DNA of 63,037 nt, filler included. It is 8 parts of 8 records of this genome, joined end to end, with 100 filler letters (N's around TTAATTAATTAA, not from the genome) between each part and the next. Parts side by side here need not be neighbours in the genome. Positions count along the whole stretch, not along the records: positions 57,846 to 63,037 come from SRR31156797_36752; 7 more parts are not named here. One strand, written 5' to 3'. Below, one piece after another: positions 60,173 through 63,037 of the stretch. The position numbers and the translations under genes are program-made. Positions within the stretch are counted from its first letter, which is position 1. Every line of letters begins with the position of its first letter. The notes beneath the pieces were generated by a model. The model was given only the letters and a program-made list of their open reading frames with translations. It did not search any database and was not told the DNA's origin.

Positions 60173-60712
60173 ATGGATTCAGAGGATCGCATACCAGGTT
60201 TGGTGCGCTGTTGTCAGCGCGGTGACCGTCAGGCGTTCGAGGCGCTGTTCCGGCAGTTCCAGCCGCGGTTGCGCTACTACGTTCAACGCCTCAACGGGAC
60301 CGGTAACCACACCGACGACATGCTGCAAAACGTTTGGCTCAACGTCGTTCGCAAGATCGATTCGCTCCAGGACCCGCAGGCATTTGTGGCCTGGCTCTAT
60401 ACCATCGCGCGTCGGGAGGTCTACAGCCAGGGCCGCATCAGAGACCCGTATGTGGGGCTGACCGATGAACATCTCGAATTGGAGGCCGCAAACGACGAAC
60501 TGCTGTTTGACCAGGAGGATGCGGCACGGATTCATCGGACCCTGGCCACACTCAAGGACGCGCACCGCGAAATACTGACGTTGAGTTTCCTGGAAGAGCT
60601 TTCGCGTCACGAGATCGCCCAGGTTCTGGGTGTCAACGCCGGGACCGTCAAGTCCCGCGTCCACTACGCCAAACAGGCTCTACGCCAAGCGCTGGAGAGA
60701 AACCATGAATAA
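60173..60712 (+). CDS. ECF RNA polymerase sigma factor
   Basis: GDRQAFEALF, DDMLQNVW, FVAWLYTIAR and EIAQVLG...GTVKSRVHYAK. Confidence 0.93.
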   Translation: MDSEDRIPGLVRCCQRGDRQAFEALFRQFQPRLRYYVQRLNGTGNHTDDMLQNVWLNVVRKIDSLQDPQAFVAWLYTIARREVYSQGRIRDPYVGLTDEHLELEAANDELLFDQEDAARIHRTLATLKDAHREILTLSFLEELSRHEIAQVLGVNAGTVKSRVHYAKQALRQALERNHE

Positions 60713-62543
60713 GCAACCGAATATCAGAGATGAACTGCTCCGCGCCGACGGGATCGATCCGGCCGGTGTATCGAGTTCGGAGTTGGAGTGGTTCCGGGGG
60801 GCACTCGCCCAGAAACCTGTGGCTGGTTCGTCTCGCCGACCGGTGGTGACACGCCGCATCAGTCGATGGGCCGCAGCCGCGGCGGTCCTCGTCCTGGCAG
60901 TGGCTGGCGTCTATTTCTTCACGGCCGGCACCAGCCGGGTATGGGCCAGAGTGCTGGACAATGTCAAGAAGACCGACAACTACCAATACCACGAGACAAA
61001 TGAGAGCATTGAAGTCACTGCCGCAGGCGAAGAACGCGTCTACCGTGACGGGGGCATCACGTATGTCTCCAACGAGGAGGGAATGGTCCAAGAGCGGTAT
61101 TCCGAGGGAGAACAGGTCGCCAGAGCCTACCGTCTACTCAAGCGCCAGGAGATGGTGACGATCAGCTATGCCGACAAGGAGTTTCGCCGCACACGTTGGC
61201 GACCCGATCGTGAGTTCTTCCGCAACGGCGATCCCAGGCAACGAGTGATCCGGGTCCTGGAAGGCGAGTACACCGAACTGGGCCGCAAGACCGTCGACGG
61301 CCGAGTCCTGGCAGGCGTCGAGAGCCACGACCAGAGTGCCCTGTTCGGAACCTCTGGCGCACGCTTTGACACGTTTGCCCTGCGGCTCTGGATTGATATG
61401 GAGACCAAGCTACCCGTGACTATGGAGATCGAAAGGAGCTACCCCCTCGGCGGTCGAACAATGAGGAGCAAGTCCATTTCGGACCAGTTCCGGTGGAATC
61501 TGGAATTCCCCGCCGATTTCTTCACGCCTCAGATCCCGGATGGGTTTACCGTGTGGACCGATCGGCCTGACGAAACCGCATGCCTCAACAGCCTGCGTCT
61601 CTTGCCGGAATTCCTGGGCGGTATGTACCCACGCCAACTCAAGTTACGGGCCTTCCTGGATGAGATGGGAGACCCCAGGCGGGTGCTGCCAGGCCCCAAA
61701 GCCAGGCAGATGGCCAGTGGCGAGTACCGGGAGGACAGTATCACAGACGCGTTCTCGTTCTACGAGAGGTTGCTCGAGCAGGGCCACGACGTGGCCTATT
61801 ACGGCGACCGCGTCACGCCCGCCGATGCGAATGCGGTGCTGATGCACTGGGACCTCTCGGAAGCCGAACACCGGGTCATTCGGGGTGATCTTCGCATTGA
61901 GACACTGTCCGTCGCTCAGCTTGAGAAGGCCATGGTCGAGATCCGGCCGCGTCAGCAGGGCGATTCGGAGATGGCGGGGCCTCCGCTCGTCTGCGGCCGC
62001 CTGGTGTATGCCAATGGCCGGCCCGTTAACCAGGGCGCGGTGTACCTGGAACAGGCCGTGGGCCGCACAGACGAGAACGGCCATTTCGCGCTGGCGGTGC
62101 CGACCGGGGAAGCGGGCGAATACCACCTTGGCCATGCCCATGGTCCGCGCAGACAGACCATGGGCGTTTTCTTCTGGTCGCTGGCGCAATCGGCGACGCG
62201 GTTGGACGTGGTGTTGGATTTTCCGTGTGCGGTGCGCGTCCGGGTCGTGGATGCGAGTGGCACGCCGCTGCGGGATGCCACCATCAGGCTTATCTCGCAT
62301 CCTGAGGAAGTCACCGACGACTTCTGGGTGCTGCCGAACCACGGACAGATCGATACGGAGGGGTACTTCATCTTCAGCGACGTCCCGACGGGGCTTCCGC
62401 TGGAGCTGTTTGTCCTGACCTCCGCTGTCCCAGGCGCCGAAATACGCATTCCTATCGGTGACGTGGTTGGGGACCGGACGTATAACCTGGCCGATGTCGT
62501 GGTGGACTCGGCGTCGAAAGAGGATCTCAAGCGAGACCAATGA
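60705..62543 (+). CDS. Putative membrane-anchored anti-sigma factor with LolA-like and beta-sandwich periplasmic domains
   Basis: Overlaps the sigma stop; short cytoplasmic N-terminus, TM WAAAAAVLVLAVAGVYFF, LWID..TKLPV and C-terminal TD.EG.F.F..VP repeats. Confidence 0.75.
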   Translation: MNKQPNIRDELLRADGIDPAGVSSSELEWFRGALAQKPVAGSSRRPVVTRRISRWAAAAAVLVLAVAGVYFFTAGTSRVWARVLDNVKKTDNYQYHETNESIEVTAAGEERVYRDGGITYVSNEEGMVQERYSEGEQVARAYRLLKRQEMVTISYADKEFRRTRWRPDREFFRNGDPRQRVIRVLEGEYTELGRKTVDGRVLAGVESHDQSALFGTSGARFDTFALRLWIDMETKLPVTMEIERSYPLGGRTMRSKSISDQFRWNLEFPADFFTPQIPDGFTVWTDRPDETACLNSLRLLPEFLGGMYPRQLKLRAFLDEMGDPRRVLPGPKARQMASGEYREDSITDAFSFYERLLEQGHDVAYYGDRVTPADANAVLMHWDLSEAEHRVIRGDLRIETLSVAQLEKAMVEIRPRQQGDSEMAGPPLVCGRLVYANGRPVNQGAVYLEQAVGRTDENGHFALAVPTGEAGEYHLGHAHGPRRQTMGVFFWSLAQSATRLDVVLDFPCAVRVRVVDASGTPLRDATIRLISHPEEVTDDFWVLPNHGQIDTEGYFIFSDVPTGLPLELFVLTSAVPGAEIRIPIGDVVGDRTYNLADVVVDSASKEDLKRDQ

Positions 62544-62570
62544 ACTCGATGAGTCGGAAGGAGAGTCCTT

Positions 62571-63037
62571 ATGAGCACCAGGAGAGACATCATCGTTGCC
62601 GTCCTCAGTGTTGTGACGATCGTATTGGCCGCCGGGGCGGTCAGCGAGACCAATCGTGACGCGATGTTTCGCAGAAGCTGTGCGAACAATCTGTCATCCC
62701 TGGGCAAGGCCATGCAGGTCTATGCCAACGATTATCTGGATGAGTTCCCGAAGGCGGGCTCAAAGTGGGGTAACGGGTGGGTGCCGACGTTGCCCAACTG
62801 GGCGGGCCGACATCGGCGGGAGGCGTACAGGTTCAGACGTGAAGGTTCCGATTACGTGTTTGATGTCACAGCCACGTCGAGTCTCTATCTGTTGGTCAAA
62901 TACGAAGAAGCCAAAAATGGAGCAATTCGTCTGTCCGGGCGAGGCGGACACGACGCCGTTTGATCTGCGCCGGGTGCCCGAAGAACTGCCCGGGGGATTT
63001 GAATATATCGACGCCTGGGATTTCGGCGGGCGCTACA
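62571..63037 (+). pseudogene. Planctomycete DUF1559/pseudopilin-like gene with an apparent +1 frameshift at 62913-62917 (3'-truncated)
   Basis: C.NNL..LG.AM..YAND...FP motif. After an A5 run the expected FVCPG...DAWDFG continuation lies in another frame. Confidence 0.7.

Noticed and set aside
61644..62713. Long antisense ORFs (298 and 253 aa) and similar shadows over ggt
   Set aside because: These are shadow ORFs expected in high-GC coding DNA, with no motifs.

Overview
The window is not one locus. It is eight unrelated contigs joined by seven identical 100-nt artificial spacers (N44-TTAATTAATTAA-N44, a stop in all six frames). (1) 1-6757 is Bacteroidota (Prolixibacteraceae-like): dnaK 3' end, dps, a MORN-repeat protein, a T9SS S8 protease, xseAB and deoC. 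(2) 6858-17433 is a Methanosarcinaceae archaeon: hel308, a membrane ferredoxin, an aquaporin, a DUF2193-like protein, trpB2, hsdM and an AlbA/Schlafen-domain protein. (3) 17534-24257 is also Methanosarcinaceae: a NitT/TauT ABC transporter, an HTH regulator and a PKD/S-layer protein. (4) 24358-34617 is Desulfobulbales-like: YeeE/YedE pair, trypsin, SGNH hydrolase, beta-CASP nuclease and a Mo-oxidoreductase. (5) 34718-41887 is an unplaced bacterium: serpin, amidase, TolB-like lipoprotein, DEAD-box helicase and an EGF/beta-helix lipoprotein. (6) 41988-51170 is a deltaproteobacterium: GntR, a DUF6282-like metallohydrolase, TctCBA, a hybrid kinase and a HAD hydrolase. (7) 51271-57745 is AT-rich Campylobacterota (Arcobacter-like): kinase, disulfide reductase, Cti, C26 hydrolase plus amidoligase, and lactate permease. 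(8) 57846-63037 is a GC-rich planctomycete: ggt, a small Cys/His protein, an ECF sigma/anti-sigma pair and a frameshifted DUF1559-like gene. Taxonomic and family calls come from motif recall, not database searches. The best leads are candidate C-terminal sorting signals (GCSMTLI-COOH; LPWQLFVPAI and IPPFLMLLLDE), the archaeal DUF2193-aquaporin-ferredoxin cluster, the amidoligase/gamma-glutamyl-hydrolase pair, and the GntR-metallohydrolase-TTT operon. No rRNA, tRNA, CRISPR array or transposase was recognised.
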